A DNA stretch of 64,000 nucleotides from a virus, in IMG/VR virus record IMGVR_UViG_3300007513_000028, positions 5,674 through 69,673 of that record, one strand, 5' to 3'. This document shows, in pieces, positions 63,799 to 64,000 of this stretch; position 1 is the stretch's first letter, and every line of letters starts with the position of its first letter. The translations under genes were made by a program, and so were the position numbers. The notes under the pieces were generated by a model. It was not told where the DNA came from. It saw only the letters and a list, made by a program, of their open reading frames with translations, and searched no databases.

Positions 63799-63914
63799 AG
63801 GCCCCATGTGTGAGAGGACTCCAGGCTGGGGCTGGATTTTAAATAAAACTGGAGTTTTAAATAAAATAGCAATTTCACATATATTATATTGAAAATGAAA
63901 GGTATATTTAAAAC

Positions 63915-64000
63915 ATGACAACTCTTGAAGAAAAACCATTCACGTTAGAAATGATTCATGAACTCTGGGATGTGGATTCCAAGATTGACGATCTGGAGCT
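63915..64000 (+). CDS. uvsY: Recombination mediator UvsY (partial, runs off the window)
   Basis: Translates MTTLEEKPFTLEMIHELWDVDSKIDDLE, matching the L..I..W..DSKID start of UvsY; gp3-uvsY synteny. Confidence 0.75.
   Translation, partial: MTTLEEKPFTLEMIHELWDVDSKIDDLE

Noticed and set aside
63799-63914. tRNA or known ncRNA in the last intergenic region
   Set aside because: No cloverleaf, T-loop or CCA pattern; only short stems, reported as regulatory.
1-64000. Stop-codon reassignment
   Set aside because: Conserved genes are full length in the standard code, and TAA, TAG and TGA all end recognisable genes.

Overview
The whole window is the virion morphogenesis (late) region of a T4-like myophage. 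All real genes are on the + strand and use the standard code. Gene order: gp48 (5'-truncated), gp53, hub, gp5, gp25, gp6, gp7, gp8, a VrlC/DUF4815-like protein split over two genes, a small coiled-coil protein, a 5879-aa giant fibre, three paralogous 'DRVLLGK' proteins, small AT-rich accessory ORFs, gp13 to gp23, gp3 and the start of uvsY. T4 late-promoter cores (TATAAATA and variants) punctuate the module, and a consensus sigma70 promoter precedes uvsY. The core head, neck and tail genes look ordinary. The adsorption apparatus does not: about 36 kb sits where T4 has gp9-12/wac, and together with an enlarged gp7 it is built from conserved scaffold modules into which a few passenger-domain families (two jelly-roll/CBM-like families, LamG, a TolB-like propeller, a poly-Gly gp38-like adhesin) are inserted, often nested inside one another, across five different proteins. 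All assignments come from motif recognition and synteny by eye; no searches were run, and domain boundaries are approximate.
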